A DNA stretch of 64,000 nt from an uncultured Thermoplasmata archaeon (GCA_963804505.1 CAWDQP010000002.1:77579-141578), one strand, 5' to 3'. Numbered from the stretch's first letter, positions 11,090 through 21,125 are shown. Numbers and translations are program-made. Notes: generated from the letters alone by a model not told the origin.

Positions 11090-12391
11090 GGGGCTCTCAG
11101 CTCCTCCGCCACGGGCAGCATCATCGCCCGAGCCGCCGGCGCGACGGCGGCGGCCAGACCGACCGCCGCGACCAGGCCGGCCCCGGTCAGGATCACCGTG
11201 GCGTTGAAGGAGACGAACGAGAATCCGGCGGGTAGGCTTCCGACGACGCCCAGCAGGAACCGATTCAGGCCGACCCCGGCGCCCCAGGCGACCGAGAGGC
11301 CGATCGCCAGGCCGAACGCCGCGAGGAGGAGCGCCTCCTGCACGACGAGGCCCCCGACCCGGGCCCGCGAGTACCCCACGGCGCGGAGCAGCGCGAGCTC
11401 CCGGCTCCGGTCGTCGACCGACATCTGCAGGATCGTCGTCGTGAAGAGCGCGGCCACGACCAGGCCGATTGCGGCGATCAGCACGCCGAACGTTCGGTAC
11501 ACGCTCACGACATGCTGGATCTCGGAGAGGATCTCCGCCAGCGTGAAGACCGCGAGGGTGTGGAACGCGCGCGCGATCGTCGTCTGGTCGACCGACGGGT
11601 TCGTCGGGTCGGTGAGATGGATCAGGATGATGGTACTGTAGTCGGTCGACGGCGTTCCCCCGCCCGCGAGCGACTGGAGCTCCGAGAGGTAGAGGAACGA
11701 GAGCAGGGCGGACGGAACAAGCCAGAACGGCGCCGAGACTCCGACGACGGTGAACCGGGTCGCCCCGGCGTACCACCCCGGGAGAGCGCTGCTGTTCGAC
11801 GGACCGCCCGGGCTGGGCCCACACCGAGCCGTTGACCCCGACGCCCATCACGTCCGCGAGCGCCTGGTCGAGCACGATCTCGTGCGTCGACGGGCCGCCG
11901 TACGACCCGTTCGTGAAGTGCGGGTCTCCCGCCGCGGTGAACCCGGTCCCTTGGTACAGCGCCGGTACCTCGATGCCGCCGTTGTCGGAGGGAATCCAGC
12001 CGACCGCGCCGGACTGCGTGGGTTCCCAGGCGGACGGTACGGAGCTGTTGTTCGAGGCCGCCCACAGCGATCGATTCCCGAACGTGAGACTGTCGATCAG
12101 CCACGGGCTCGCGGTCGCGACGTTCGGGTCGGCGGCCGGGATCTCGGTCGCCAGCGCGTGCGAGTCGGAGATGGGCGGGGGCTCCCCGCTCAGGAAGCTC
12201 GAGTTGCCGGTCGCCGAGCTCGTGGCCAGGAGATCGACACCGCTCGCGTACGCGAGCGTGGTGGCGCTCGTCTCCACCCCCGCGGAAAGCGCGAGCAGGA
12301 GGACGACGAGGCCGGTCGCGAGGCCGATCCCGAGGGCCGTCAGTGCCGAGCGGCCGGGGCGCCGCCGAACCGCGTCCCACGCGTAGCGCAC
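11086..12391 (-). CDS. ABC transporter permease, FtsX/MacB type. Apparent frameshift near 11775.
   Basis: N-terminus VRYAWDAVRRRPGRSALTALGIGLATGLVVLLLAL with a periplasmic-type domain. The C-terminal FtsX domain is in ORF 11086..11508 (RELALLRAVGYSR...). Confidence 0.7.
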
Positions 12392-12411
12392 GGCCGCCCT
12401 CCCGAGGGCCG

Positions 12412-13329
12412 CTACCGACCGGCGGTGGCGCGCAGCTCCGCGAAGCTCGCGCGGTGCGACGCCTCGACGTTGTACTTGTGGATCGATTCCTCGCTCACGG
12501 TCGACGCCCGCACGGTGGTCGCGTCGGTGGCCCCGGGGAACCGCTCGGGCAGGCTCGCGAGGAGGTCCCGCAGGACGTCCTCCACGAACTTCGGGTGGCG
12601 ATGGGCATTCAGGACGACCTGCCCCTCGTCCCCTCGCTTCAGGATGGCGTAGGTGGGGCTCGACTGCGCGGCCTCGACGGCCGCGATGACGTCGTCGACC
12701 TCGACCTGGGAGTCGCCGTCCAGCTCGAACACGAGGCGGGTCCGGTTCCGTTGGTTGTGCGAGATCATCGGGAGCGAGGCGAACTGCGGGTCCGCGAGCA
12801 GCGGGTACTCCTTCGTCAGCGCCTCGCGGCAGGTCTCCATCGCGCACGGGCACGCGGTCATGCCGACGCCTTCCGCCCCGACCGCGCGCGTGACGGCGAC
12901 CGTCCCGTTCTCCGCCCGCGACCCCCGGGCCTCGGCGACCAGGGTGTAATCCTCGAAGCTCCGTTTCTCCTCGGAGATCCCCTGGCGAAGGAAGTACTCG
13001 GCGGACGCCTCGACCCACGCCTCTGTGGCGTACGGATGTCGCGCGAGAAGCTCGCGCACAATGCTCGAGCAGGCGGACTCGAGGCTGGCGACCGGACGGG
13101 TTGAGGTCTCGTCGACGATCTCGGCCAGGATCTCCGCGTTCCGGGAGAGGTCGGAGCCCTTGCGGTCCGACGGAAGGTCGACCGCGACCCGAAAAGTGAC
13201 CGCGAGGTGGTGGGCTTGGCCACCGCGCTGGATCGAGAGCGGTTTGCGGATCCCCGACAGCCCGACCGACCGGAGGCGCAGGCGACCCCGGCTCGGGGCC
13301 CGGGCGTGGACGTCTTGGGCGGGAGGCAT
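12412..13329 (-). CDS. mptA: GTP cyclohydrolase FolE2/MptA family
   Basis: Intact 305-aa ORF with COG1469-like signatures (MTACPCAMETCR, SHNQRNRT, ESIHKYN). Confidence 0.8.
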   Translation of the reverse strand: MPPAQDVHARAPSRGRLRLRSVGLSGIRKPLSIQRGGQAHHLAVTFRVAVDLPSDRKGSDLSRNAEILAEIVDETSTRPVASLESACSSIVRELLARHPYATEAWVEASAEYFLRQGISEEKRSFEDYTLVAEARGSRAENGTVAVTRAVGAEGVGMTACPCAMETCREALTKEYPLLADPQFASLPMISHNQRNRTRLVFELDGDSQVEVDDVIAAVEAAQSSPTYAILKRGDEGQVVLNAHRHPKFVEDVLRDLLASLPERFPGATDATTVRASTVSEESIHKYNVEASHRASFAELRATAGR

Positions 13330-13351
13330 CGAACCGAGCTAGGGTGGGGTC

Positions 13352-13358
13352 CTTAAAC
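13352..13358 (-). promoter_or_regulatory. TATA-like box (TTTAAGG on the minus strand) for mptA
   Basis: About 25 nt upstream of ATG 13329. Confidence 0.4.
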
Positions 13359-13403
13359 GGGTACCGGAGGCCGCAGGCCCGCGTTACTCGGGAGTCCGGG
13401 CAC

Positions 13404-13411
13404 CCTTATAG
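13404..13411 (+). promoter_or_regulatory. TATA-like box (CCTTATAG) for the DUF59 gene
   Basis: About 27 nt upstream of ATG 13435. Forms a divergent promoter pair with mptA. Confidence 0.4.
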
Positions 13412-13434
13412 GGCCCGGGACGCTCGTTCAACCG

Positions 13435-13800
13435 ATGGACGAAGCCGCGACCGCCGCCGCGCCTCCGACCGCCGCCGGCGCCTCGAGCTCGGGACCGAAC
13501 GCCGAGCGGGAGCGCCTCATCACGCTCAACCTGAAACAGATCTACGACCCCGAGATTCCGATGAACATCGTGGACCTCGGCCTCATCTACGGATTCGAGT
13601 GGAAGGGCGACGACGTGACGCTCAAGATGACCCTCACCGCGCCCGGGTGCCCCGTCGCCGGTATCCTCGCGGAGGAGGTCAAGGCCGCCATCGAGAAGGT
13701 GCCCAACATCCATTCCGCGACCGTCGACATGGTCTGGGAGCCGCCCTGGACCCCGGACAAAATGAGCGACTTCGCGAAGCACCAGTTCGGCTACGCCTGA
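13435..13800 (+). CDS. DUF59 / SufT-like Fe-S cluster assembly protein (MIP18 family)
   Basis: IYDPEIPMNIVDLGLIY...MTLTAPGCPVAG...V..VWEPPWTPDKMS. Confidence 0.8.
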   Translation: MDEAATAAAPPTAAGASSSGPNAERERLITLNLKQIYDPEIPMNIVDLGLIYGFEWKGDDVTLKMTLTAPGCPVAGILAEEVKAAIEKVPNIHSATVDMVWEPPWTPDKMSDFAKHQFGYA

Positions 13801-13860
13801 ACGGGCGGTCGCCGGGCCCGCGGCCCGAGACGTTGTAAAGCCCGTCGATTCATCGGACCG

Positions 13861-14462
13861 ATGACCTCCCCCTCCAGCTCGGACGTCACCGACGCCGTCG
13901 TCTTCCTCGGTACTGATCGTCGCCCTGCTGGCCCGACGCACCTACCTGATGGTGAAGGGTGCCCGCTACTCGCCGGGGCGCCTCTCGGTCTTTGCCGGCT
14001 TCTACGTGTTCCTGTTCGTCGTGCTGGCGTTCACGACCGTGTACGCGGCGGTCGGCGCGTGGGGAACTACCGGCGGGCTCCTGATCGCTCCGTACGTCGC
14101 GGTCCCGCTCGTCGCCGCGCTGGTCGCAACGCCCTACGTGCGACGCATCGTGCGGTTCGAGCCACGCGGCAACGGGTACCTGCACCTACCGGCTCCCGTG
14201 GCACATTCCGGTGCTCTACCTGGTCCTCTTCGTGCTCCGGTTCGCCCTCGAGCTCGCCATCTTCGGCTTCTCGGTCGTCACGTCCTTCTTCCTTCCGACC
14301 TCGATCCCGGTCGGGCTGCTGCTCGTCCTCGTCGGGGTCGACCTGTTGTTCGGGTTCAGCACCGGGCTCCTGATCGGCCGGACCGTGGGCGTGTACCGCG
14401 GGCACGCGGACTTCGTGAAAGCCGCGTCCGTCACGCCGCTGCCGAGCACGCCTCCGCCGTAG
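13861..14462 (+). CDS. DUF1453 (CcdC-like) membrane protein. 1-2 apparent frameshifts (about 13905 and 14190).
   Basis: Hydrophobic segments span ORFs 13949.. and 14211..14462. The pattern VRRIVRFEPRGNG / YRLPWHIPVLYLVLFVLRF resembles CcdC. Start uncertain. Confidence 0.45.
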
Positions 14463-14491
14463 TCCGGTCCGGGGCCCGGCCTACCCGAACC

Positions 14492-14498
14492 GTTAAAC
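14492..14498 (+). promoter_or_regulatory. TATA-like box (GTTAAAC) upstream of ATG 14521
   Basis: About 26 nt upstream of the start codon. Confidence 0.35.
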
Positions 14499-14520
14499 CG
14501 CAGGCGACCTCGGACAGAGG

Positions 14521-15171
14521 ATGCCCAAGCCCGACGCCTGGCTAACGGAGCTCGAGACCGAGCGTTCGATGAAGAACGAGTTCATGGGGCGCCACCCGGA
14601 GTCGCCGTTCCTCGCCGCCCGTGTTCCGTTCCACGACCTCGTTTACTTCCCGCCGGACCCCGCGCTCCGGATCCATGCGACGCTCGGCCGCGCCGCTACA
14701 CCCCAGGAGGCGTACCTCCGGACCAACCGCGACAACCAGGCGGTCATGCGCTACCTCGGCGACCTCAAGTTCCACCTCAGCGGGAGGGATCTCCGCCTCA
14801 AGGTCTACCACGCCGGCGAGGGCGTCGGGACCTCCGCCTTCGTCCCGTTCCGTGACGCGACCAGCGGCCGAGAGAGCTACGGACCCGGGCGCTACATCAC
14901 CCTCGAGCTCAACGAGGCGGACGAGTACGAGCTCGATTTCAATCGGGCGTTCAACCCGTACTGCGCGTACACCGAGGAGTACGAGTGCAGCTTCCCCGCC
15001 GAGAACGACCTTCCCGTGGCCGTACGCGCCGGCGAGAAGGTGTGGGCCGAGGACCGGAACCCGCGGACGGCCTCCAGCCTCGTGCTCGCGCGCCAGCCGC
15101 GCCGCAAGCGCCCCGAACCGCCCGCCGCCCGGCCGCCGATCGAAGCCGGCCTCGCGGCCGCGACGGGCTAA
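14521..15171 (+). CDS. DUF1684 domain-containing protein
   Basis: YFPPDP..R....L..........G.L.F...G....L.V........FVPFRDATSG.ESYG.GRY..L.......LDFN.A.NP.CAY...Y.C. Confidence 0.75.
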   Translation: MPKPDAWLTELETERSMKNEFMGRHPESPFLAARVPFHDLVYFPPDPALRIHATLGRAATPQEAYLRTNRDNQAVMRYLGDLKFHLSGRDLRLKVYHAGEGVGTSAFVPFRDATSGRESYGPGRYITLELNEADEYELDFNRAFNPYCAYTEEYECSFPAENDLPVAVRAGEKVWAEDRNPRTASSLVLARQPRRKRPEPPAARPPIEAGLAAATG

Positions 15172-15803
15172 AGGTGCGGCACGGCCGCCGCGAGCCCGGT
15201 AAGCACGAACTGGACGCCCAGGGCGGCGAGGATCAGGCCGAGGACGCGGGTCATCGCCATCACGCCCACCCGGCCCAGAGCGCGGAGGATGCGCTGGCCG
15301 AACCGGAAGATGAGGAACGTCGCGATCGCGGTGACGAGGATCGCGACGAACGTCGCGACGATCACGAACGGGTCGCTCCCCGCGCTCCCCTCGAAGATCA
15401 TCACGGTCGAGATCGCGCCCGGTCCGGCGAGGAGCGGGATCCCGAGGGGCACGACCGCCACTTCGTCCCGGCGCGCAATCGCCTCGTCGGGGTCCTGGGT
15501 CGACAACTTCGTCCGGGTCACCTGGCCCTGGAGCATGTCGTACGCGACGAGGAACAGGATGATCCCGCCGGCGATCTCGAACGCTCCGAGCGTGAACCCG
15601 AACGCAGCGAACAGGAATCGCCCCAGCAGGGCGAAGACCGTGAGCACGGACGCCATGACCAGCACCGCGCGGCGGAGCACCACGTTCCGGTCGGCGTCGT
15701 CGAACCCCTCGGTCAAGGACACGAAGAACGGTAGCGTCCCGATCGGGTCGACGATCGCGAACACGGTGACGATGATCGCCCCGTAGAGCGCGAGCTGGAA
15801 CAT
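15168..15803 (-). CDS. MarC family (UPF0056) integral membrane protein
   Basis: FAIVDPIGTLPFF...PLGIPLLAGPGAIST motifs, six hydrophobic spans. Confidence 0.8.
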   Translation of the reverse strand: MFQLALYGAIIVTVFAIVDPIGTLPFFVSLTEGFDDADRNVVLRRAVLVMASVLTVFALLGRFLFAAFGFTLGAFEIAGGIILFLVAYDMLQGQVTRTKLSTQDPDEAIARRDEVAVVPLGIPLLAGPGAISTVMIFEGSAGSDPFVIVATFVAILVTAIATFLIFRFGQRILRALGRVGVMAMTRVLGLILAALGVQFVLTGLAAAVPHL

Positions 15804-15872
15804 CCGTCGACCCCTCGTCCGGCTCTCCGGGACCTCAACGGGCTTTCAGGTCTTCGCCCGACCGAGGGGAGG

Positions 15873-16355
15873 CTACGGGGCGGAGGGGCGAACGCCCGCC
15901 GGGGATCTCGACGGCCGGGACAGCGTCCTTCGCGGGGCACCCCGCACGCGACGTGCCGCGCGTGTTCGCACGGCGCGGGGGGTCCGGCGGTGCGCCGCGG
16001 CAACCCGTCGCCGGCGGGCCGAGCGGCGAGCGCCCGCGCGCGTCCGGATGTTGTGACCGCGGAGACGGAGCACGAGCGGCTCGCGAAGCGGGTTCGCCAC
16101 CATCAGCAGGTACTCGCCCGCGACCTTGGGCCGAAAGAGGATACGAGCGCGCCCGCTAAGCCGCATCCGCTGCAGGAACGGTCCGCCGCGCAGTCCGATC
16201 AGCAGCACGAACGACCGTCCCGATCGGAGGTTCTGGGGCTCCACGTCGATCTCGCACGACGGGGTCTCGAGCTCCATCTGGATCCGAACCGTGGAGACGG
16301 GGTCCAGGACGAGGAACCGGGGCAGGCGGGCCAGCGAGACGGCCATCGAGAACAT
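15873..16355 (-). CDS. Hypothetical protein. Only the N-terminal ~110 aa look protein-like.
   Basis: ORF only. The Arg-rich C-terminal tail suggests a frame error or a wrong stop. Confidence 0.25.
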   Translation of the reverse strand: MFSMAVSLARLPRFLVLDPVSTVRIQMELETPSCEIDVEPQNLRSGRSFVLLIGLRGGPFLQRMRLSGRARILFRPKVAGEYLLMVANPLREPLVLRLRGHNIRTRAGARRSARRRRVAAAHRRTPRAVRTRAARRVRGAPRRTLSRPSRSPAGVRPSAP

Positions 16356-16413
16356 GTACCGACGGGTCGGTTCAAAAACCTGAGGGTGGAACGGGCCCCG
16401 TCGGGCCTCGGAC

Positions 16414-16420
16414 CTTAAAT
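16414..16420 (+). promoter_or_regulatory. TATA-like box (CTTAAAT) upstream of osmC
   Basis: About 27 nt upstream of ATG 16445. Confidence 0.4.
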
Positions 16421-16444
16421 CGACCGCCGGACTCGGCGACGCCG

Positions 16445-16882
16445 ATGGCAGCCAAGAGCACGGCCCAGGCGGTCTGGGAAGGCGACCTACTGCGCGGTCA
16501 CGGCACGGTCAAAGGAACCAGCGGCGCGCTGGGCGAGGTCGCGGTCTCGTGGGCCGCGCGGACCGAAGCGCCCGGCGGAAAGTCGAGCCCCGAGGAGCTT
16601 CTCGCGGCGGCGCATGCCTCCTGCTTTTCGATGGCCCTCTCCGCGGGCCTGGGCCGGATGCAGAAGCCTCCCCTCCGGCTCGCCGTGAGCGCGACGGCGA
16701 CGTTCGACAAGGTCGGCGACGGCTGGAAGGTCACGACCATGGAGCTGGACGTCACCGGCAAGGTGCCGGGGATCACCCCCGCCGAGTTCGAAGCCGCGGC
16801 CAAGGCCGCGAGCGTCGGCTGTCCGATCTCGGCCGCGCTCAAGGGCAACGTCACGGTCAGCGTTCGGGCGAAGCTCGACTGA
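16445..16882 (+). CDS. osmC: OsmC family peroxiredoxin
   Basis: SPEELLAAAHASCFSMAL ... GCPIS with two conserved Cys. Confidence 0.85.
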   Translation: MAAKSTAQAVWEGDLLRGHGTVKGTSGALGEVAVSWAARTEAPGGKSSPEELLAAAHASCFSMALSAGLGRMQKPPLRLAVSATATFDKVGDGWKVTTMELDVTGKVPGITPAEFEAAAKAASVGCPISAALKGNVTVSVRAKLD

Positions 16883-16945
16883 GGACCGGGCTCGCCGGCC
16901 CAGGGGCGCCGTCGGAATCGACGCGGGCGCGATTCCCGGGCTCGG

Positions 16946-18649
16946 TCAGCCGGGAAAATCGCCCAGGTTTCGCTGAGTACCCTTCTTCCCGCGCTCGCGG
17001 GGTCCGGCCGCCGGTGCCGGGCCCCCGGACATCGCGGGTTCTGCGGAAGCCTCCGCGGGGTCTGGCTGCGCATTCGGGTCCGGAGCGCGCAGCGCCTGCA
17101 CTGCGTCGGCGTCGGCCGAGGTTCGGAGAAGATACCCGATCTCCTCCTCGGTCAACTGGAGCTCGGTGACGATCGCCCGCGCGACCGACATGGACCCCGC
17201 TTTACGACGCACCCCCGGGGGCGCCGTCACCATGCCTTCGAGGAACGGGAGCTCGAGGGCACGCGCCTTGCCGCGGGAGAGGTGGGCCCGGGCCCCGACT
17301 TTCGTGGCCACCGAATCCCGGAGCGCTCGGGCGTAGCGCGACTGGCCCATCTCCCCCAAGAACCTTGGGAAGGCCGCCGCCCCGGACGACCGGATGGGCC
17401 GGTCGTGGAGCGCGAGCCCCACGCCCCCGGTCAGCAGTTCGCCCGCGTAGCTCCACAACCCAAACACTCTCTGGCGACGGGCCCTCACCAGGAGCATGTC
17501 GGCGGCGGCGAGCGCGCCGAACGCCCGGTCGAGGTGGGCCGCGTCGGGAGCGAAGTGCGGCAGGTTCTCCTCGATCCACGGAAGGAGATCGTCGGGGGGC
17601 GCGTCCAGGCGCTCGCGGATCTCCACCGACCGGTAGTACCGCGCGGAGGTGAGGACCTCCTCCGTGAAGCGGGCGAAGTCGCTGGTCAGGTCGCGCGTTC
17701 CCAGAATCTGCCGGGGAAGGACACCGGCGGGCAGCGAGACCACGGCGTCCAGGTCGTTGAGCGCGGCCCGGAAATCCCCCCGGGCCCGCGCCACGATCCC
17801 TTCGAGGAACTCCGGGCCGACCGCGAGTCCTTCGTCCCGGGCGATCCGGGCCAGCCGAGCCGCGACCTCCTCGTCGCGGATGGGATAGAAGTGGATCCGG
17901 GCCAACCCGGCGCGAAGGGCGGGCGCGTTCCGGGTCAACGCCCGCTCGTCGTTCACGGTGAGCACGAGCGGCTGCTTCGTCGTGCGCACGAGCTTGGCGA
18001 TCGCGCCGAGGCCGCCCCGGTCGGACGTATCCTCGACCTTCCCGGACGCGCGCCAGTCGTCGATGTCGTTACGGGCGGCGGGAAGGCGGGCCCATCCGGC
18101 GTTCCCGGGCGACCGCGGGACGGCCGCCCATTCTTCGAAGCGCCGGCTCTTCGGGGCCGATCCGAGGCCCCACGCGGTGTTCAATGCCTCCACCGTACCG
18201 TACCGGCCGCGCAGGAACTCCGCGAGCGGCGGGGGGGTCCTCGTGGGGCGGGACGTGTCCGACGAACGACCGGACAGGCAGTCGGCCTCGTCGAGCAGCA
18301 GCAGGGCTCGGCGGTCGCCCCGCGGCCCGCCGTATTCTCCCAGGGTGTGGGAAAGGGACGCTCGCCCGGCCACGCGCTCGATGGCGGACTGGTTCCGCGC
18401 GTCGGACGCGTTCATCTCCACCACTGTCCACCCCATCTCGGCGGCCACGGCGAGCGCGGCGGTCGTCTTGCCGACGCCCGGCGGTCCGGCGAGAAGCGCC
18501 GCGCGACGCGCCGGGACTTTCGCTCCCCTCCACGATTCTGCCCACGTTCTAAGTTCCGCCCGCGCGCGAGGATTTCCGATAATTTCGTCGAGGCGTCCGG
18601 GCCTCAGCCGCTCGGCCATCGGGAGTTTCGGAGCGTCACCGGGTGCCAC
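16946..18649 (-). CDS. rfcL: Replication factor C large subunit, with an internal insertion of about 78 aa and a C-terminal PIP box
   Basis: Walker A GPPGVGKTT, Walker B LLLLDEADCL, SDRGGLGAIAKLV..TKQPLVLTVND, and QRNLGDF 2 aa from the C-terminus. Confidence 0.85.
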   Translation of the reverse strand: MAPGDAPKLPMAERLRPGRLDEIIGNPRARAELRTWAESWRGAKVPARRAALLAGPPGVGKTTAALAVAAEMGWTVVEMNASDARNQSAIERVAGRASLSHTLGEYGGPRGDRRALLLLDEADCLSGRSSDTSRPTRTPPPLAEFLRGRYGTVEALNTAWGLGSAPKSRRFEEWAAVPRSPGNAGWARLPAARNDIDDWRASGKVEDTSDRGGLGAIAKLVRTTKQPLVLTVNDERALTRNAPALRAGLARIHFYPIRDEEVAARLARIARDEGLAVGPEFLEGIVARARGDFRAALNDLDAVVSLPAGVLPRQILGTRDLTSDFARFTEEVLTSARYYRSVEIRERLDAPPDDLLPWIEENLPHFAPDAAHLDRAFGALAAADMLLVRARRQRVFGLWSYAGELLTGGVGLALHDRPIRSSGAAAFPRFLGEMGQSRYARALRDSVATKVGARAHLSRGKARALELPFLEGMVTAPPGVRRKAGSMSVARAIVTELQLTEEEIGYLLRTSADADAVQALRAPDPNAQPDPAEASAEPAMSGGPAPAAGPRERGKKGTQRNLGDFPG

Positions 18650-18749
18650 GAAGGGGGGAGGGGTACGGTCGCTTAAGGCATCGCGACGCCGAGACTCGGT
18701 ACTCGTGGTCGTCGTTGCTTACTTACCGCGTGGAACTGACGGCCCCGGC

Positions 18750-19771
18750 ATGGTGGGTCCCGCCCGTCCTTCGATCGAACGAAGACCGGTTCCCGGACGG
18801 CAGTACACCGTGTCGGCAATCGCTCTGGACCTCGCCGGCGCCACCATCGCCTCAGAGTTCGCGCGAAAGTCGGCGGTCGCGCAGATCCGTCGGGCGCGGA
18901 ACGCCGGGGTGACCGTGTTCGATCTGGCTCACGCGGAGAACCCTTCCGTCCTTCACGCGCTGCTTGCGGAAGCTCTTCCGAACCCCGACCCGGAGCTCGT
19001 GGCCCTGATCGGACCCTCGCGCGACGAAGATCGTCGGCCGCGGGTCCGTGGGGAGACGAGATCTCCCGCGGGGCCCACCGACCCCGAGTCGGTGCTGCGC
19101 ACGCTCCTGGATTCCCTCCCACGTCGCGGTGCGGGTCCGCGCCTCGTGGTCGAATGGCCGGAGAGCCCGGGGCGACGGCCCCGGCGCAAGTGGATGCGGT
19201 CCTCACGCGCGCGGTCGCCGACCACGAGATCCTGGATTTTTCGCTGCCCCTCGCTCCCGACGCCCCCGCCCGCCTCCGTCTTCCCGGAACAGGACTCCTT
19301 TCCGTCCGGCTCTCGTTGCTGAACACGGAAGCCCTGCCGGCCCGCCCCGACTCGGAGCCCTCGCGCCCGCGCGGCTGGGTCGTGCACGACGTCTTCTCGA
19401 ACGGACGACTGGACGGCTCGGCGTTGGCCGGGCTTGGGTATCGTTCCACACTTCTGGCGCCACCGACCGGCATTCGGGACCTTCGCGCCACGTTCGAACC
19501 CGTCCTTGCGCTCGGGTACCTCACCGAACACCGCGACCGGACCCTCGCCCAGGCCGCCCTCCGGTTCTGTCTGGCCTGGCCGTGGGTGGTCACGGCGGTC
19601 GTGCCCCTCCCCGATCCACCGAGGTTCGACGAGATCCTCGGCTACGCGCAGTCTCCTCCGCTCACCGCCGCCGAGCTCGCGCGGGCCGTCTCCTCGGGGG
19701 TCTCGGATCTTTCTCGGCCGACTTCCCTCGGCACAGAGGGGCCCCAGGGCTCAAGAAGAGCGTCGGAGTGA
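18750..19771 (+). CDS. Aldo/keto reductase family protein. Apparent frameshift near 19170.
   Basis: IRRARNAGVTVFDLAHAE (tail of ORF 17958..19322) and LTEHRDRTLAQAALRFCLAWPWVVTAVVPL (ORF 19154..19771). Confidence 0.5.
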
Positions 19772-19780
19772 GAGAGTCGT

Positions 19781-20482
19781 ATGCTAGAGGTGGGAGCGAC
19801 CGCGCCGACGTTCACGGGCACGACGCAGGACGGGCGACCGTTCTCCCTCGCGTCGTTGCGCGGCCGCGCTATCGTACTGTACTTCTATCCGAAGGCCGGG
19901 ACGGCCGGCTGCGCCGCCGAATCCCGCGGGTTCGCGGAGCATTACACAGAGCTCCGCGACGCCGGGGTCGCGGTGGTGGGTGTGAGCGTTGACACCGTGG
20001 AGTCGCAGGCCAAGTTTGCCGCCGAGTGCGGCCTTCCGTTCCCGCTGGTCGCCGACCATGACCGGACGATCGCGCGCGCCTACGGCGTGCTTGGACTCAT
20101 GGGCCTTGCGAAGCGGACCACGTTCTTCGTGACCCCCGACGGGCGGATCGAGGACGTGGTTCAGGGGATGCTGCCCGCGCAGCACGTTCGGCGCGCGATG
20201 GAACGGTTGCACTCCTCGACCCGGGCCCGACGCGAACGCCGTAGTCCGCGCCCGACGACGATCGTCGTAGGCTCGGGGTGCCGCGGCACGCGCGAACCGA
20301 CGCTTCCACACCGGCAGGGACCCGACGCGCGGCGGCGCACCGCGCGGGCCGACCCGGCGCCGTCGTCGCCGCGACCGTTCGAGCGCGAGGCGGCTCCGCA
20401 GGAACCTTCTTGCCTTTCCGTGGGGGATGGGGGTGGCCGGATCGGGACAGCGGTGGACGGTTCGCGGGGGAGGCGGGCATGA
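19781..20482 (+). CDS. bcp: Thiol peroxidase Bcp/PrxQ. The conserved domain is the first ~155 aa; the Arg-rich tail is probably a frame or stop artefact.
   Basis: GATAPTF....QDGRPFSL..LRGRAIVLYFYPKAGTAGCAAE...F...Y.EL...GV.VVGVSVD....Q.KF..E.GLPFPLVAD. Confidence 0.8.
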   Translation: MLEVGATAPTFTGTTQDGRPFSLASLRGRAIVLYFYPKAGTAGCAAESRGFAEHYTELRDAGVAVVGVSVDTVESQAKFAAECGLPFPLVADHDRTIARAYGVLGLMGLAKRTTFFVTPDGRIEDVVQGMLPAQHVRRAMERLHSSTRARRERRSPRPTTIVVGSGCRGTREPTLPHRQGPDARRRTARADPAPSSPRPFEREAAPQEPSCLSVGDGGGRIGTAVDGSRGRRA

Positions 20483-20600
20483 AGATTTCCGGTTCCAGTC
20501 GACGGCGTTCGCCGACGGCCATTCCGGCGGCTCCCCACCGGCGGTGCCCGACGGTCCGCTCCAAGGGGATGCCGTGCGTCTAGTTCCGGGCCACGAGGCG

Positions 20601-21125
20601 ATGAGCCGGTCGGTCTCGCGCCGGCTCGTCCCACCGTCCCGGCCGATGGCCGCCGTTCTGCTCACCGGGTTGGCCGGCGTGGTAATCGCCGGATACTCCG
20701 CGTACGTTGCGGTCACCGCGTACAACGTCTACCGGGACTGCAACCCGCCTCCGCCCGGCTTCGGCTGCTCGTACCACGCCTTCTGGGGCTTCGATCCCGC
20801 CCTCTTCCTCATCGCCTCCGTGATCGGGGTGATCCTCGGGATCCTGCTGATCCTGATGACCACGGTCCTCTACTTCAACCGGGAACGGCACGTCGAGCTC
20901 GGAGCGATCATCCTCGGCGCATCGCTGGCAAGCCTGATCGCGTTCGGCGGCGTGATCGTGGGCGCGGTGCTCGGGAGCGTCGGCGGTGTGCTCGCGCTTC
21001 GCTACCGGGCCCGAGGTGCGGTGTCGGAGTGGCCGGGCGCGTACCCGGCGGAGTTCCCCCGGCCCGGACCCCACCCCGCGCAATCTCCGACCGCCGTCCC
21101 GTGCATCCCTGGGAAGTACCGATGA
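20601..21125 (+). CDS. Membrane protein, 4 predicted TM helices
   Basis: Hydrophobic spans AAVLLTGLAGVVIAGYSAYVAV, LFLIASVIGVILGILLILMTTVL, LGAIILGASLASLIAFGGVIVGAVLGSVGGVLAL. Confidence 0.5.
   Translation: MSRSVSRRLVPPSRPMAAVLLTGLAGVVIAGYSAYVAVTAYNVYRDCNPPPPGFGCSYHAFWGFDPALFLIASVIGVILGILLILMTTVLYFNRERHVELGAIILGASLASLIAFGGVIVGAVLGSVGGVLALRYRARGAVSEWPGAYPAEFPRPGPHPAQSPTAVPCIPGKYR

Noticed and set aside
9137-13018. 1293-aa minus-strand ORF that looks like one giant protein
   Set aside because: It is a read-through concatenation. Only segments are in the correct frame (ABC ATPase, parts of two FtsX permeases). The upstream part overlaps mptA in a wrong frame.
19781-20482. Bcp with a genuine ~75-aa Arg-rich C-terminal extension
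   Set aside because: The extension has off-frame-like composition. An alternative frame gives a stop at about 20243, right after the conserved domain, so a local indel is the likelier cause.
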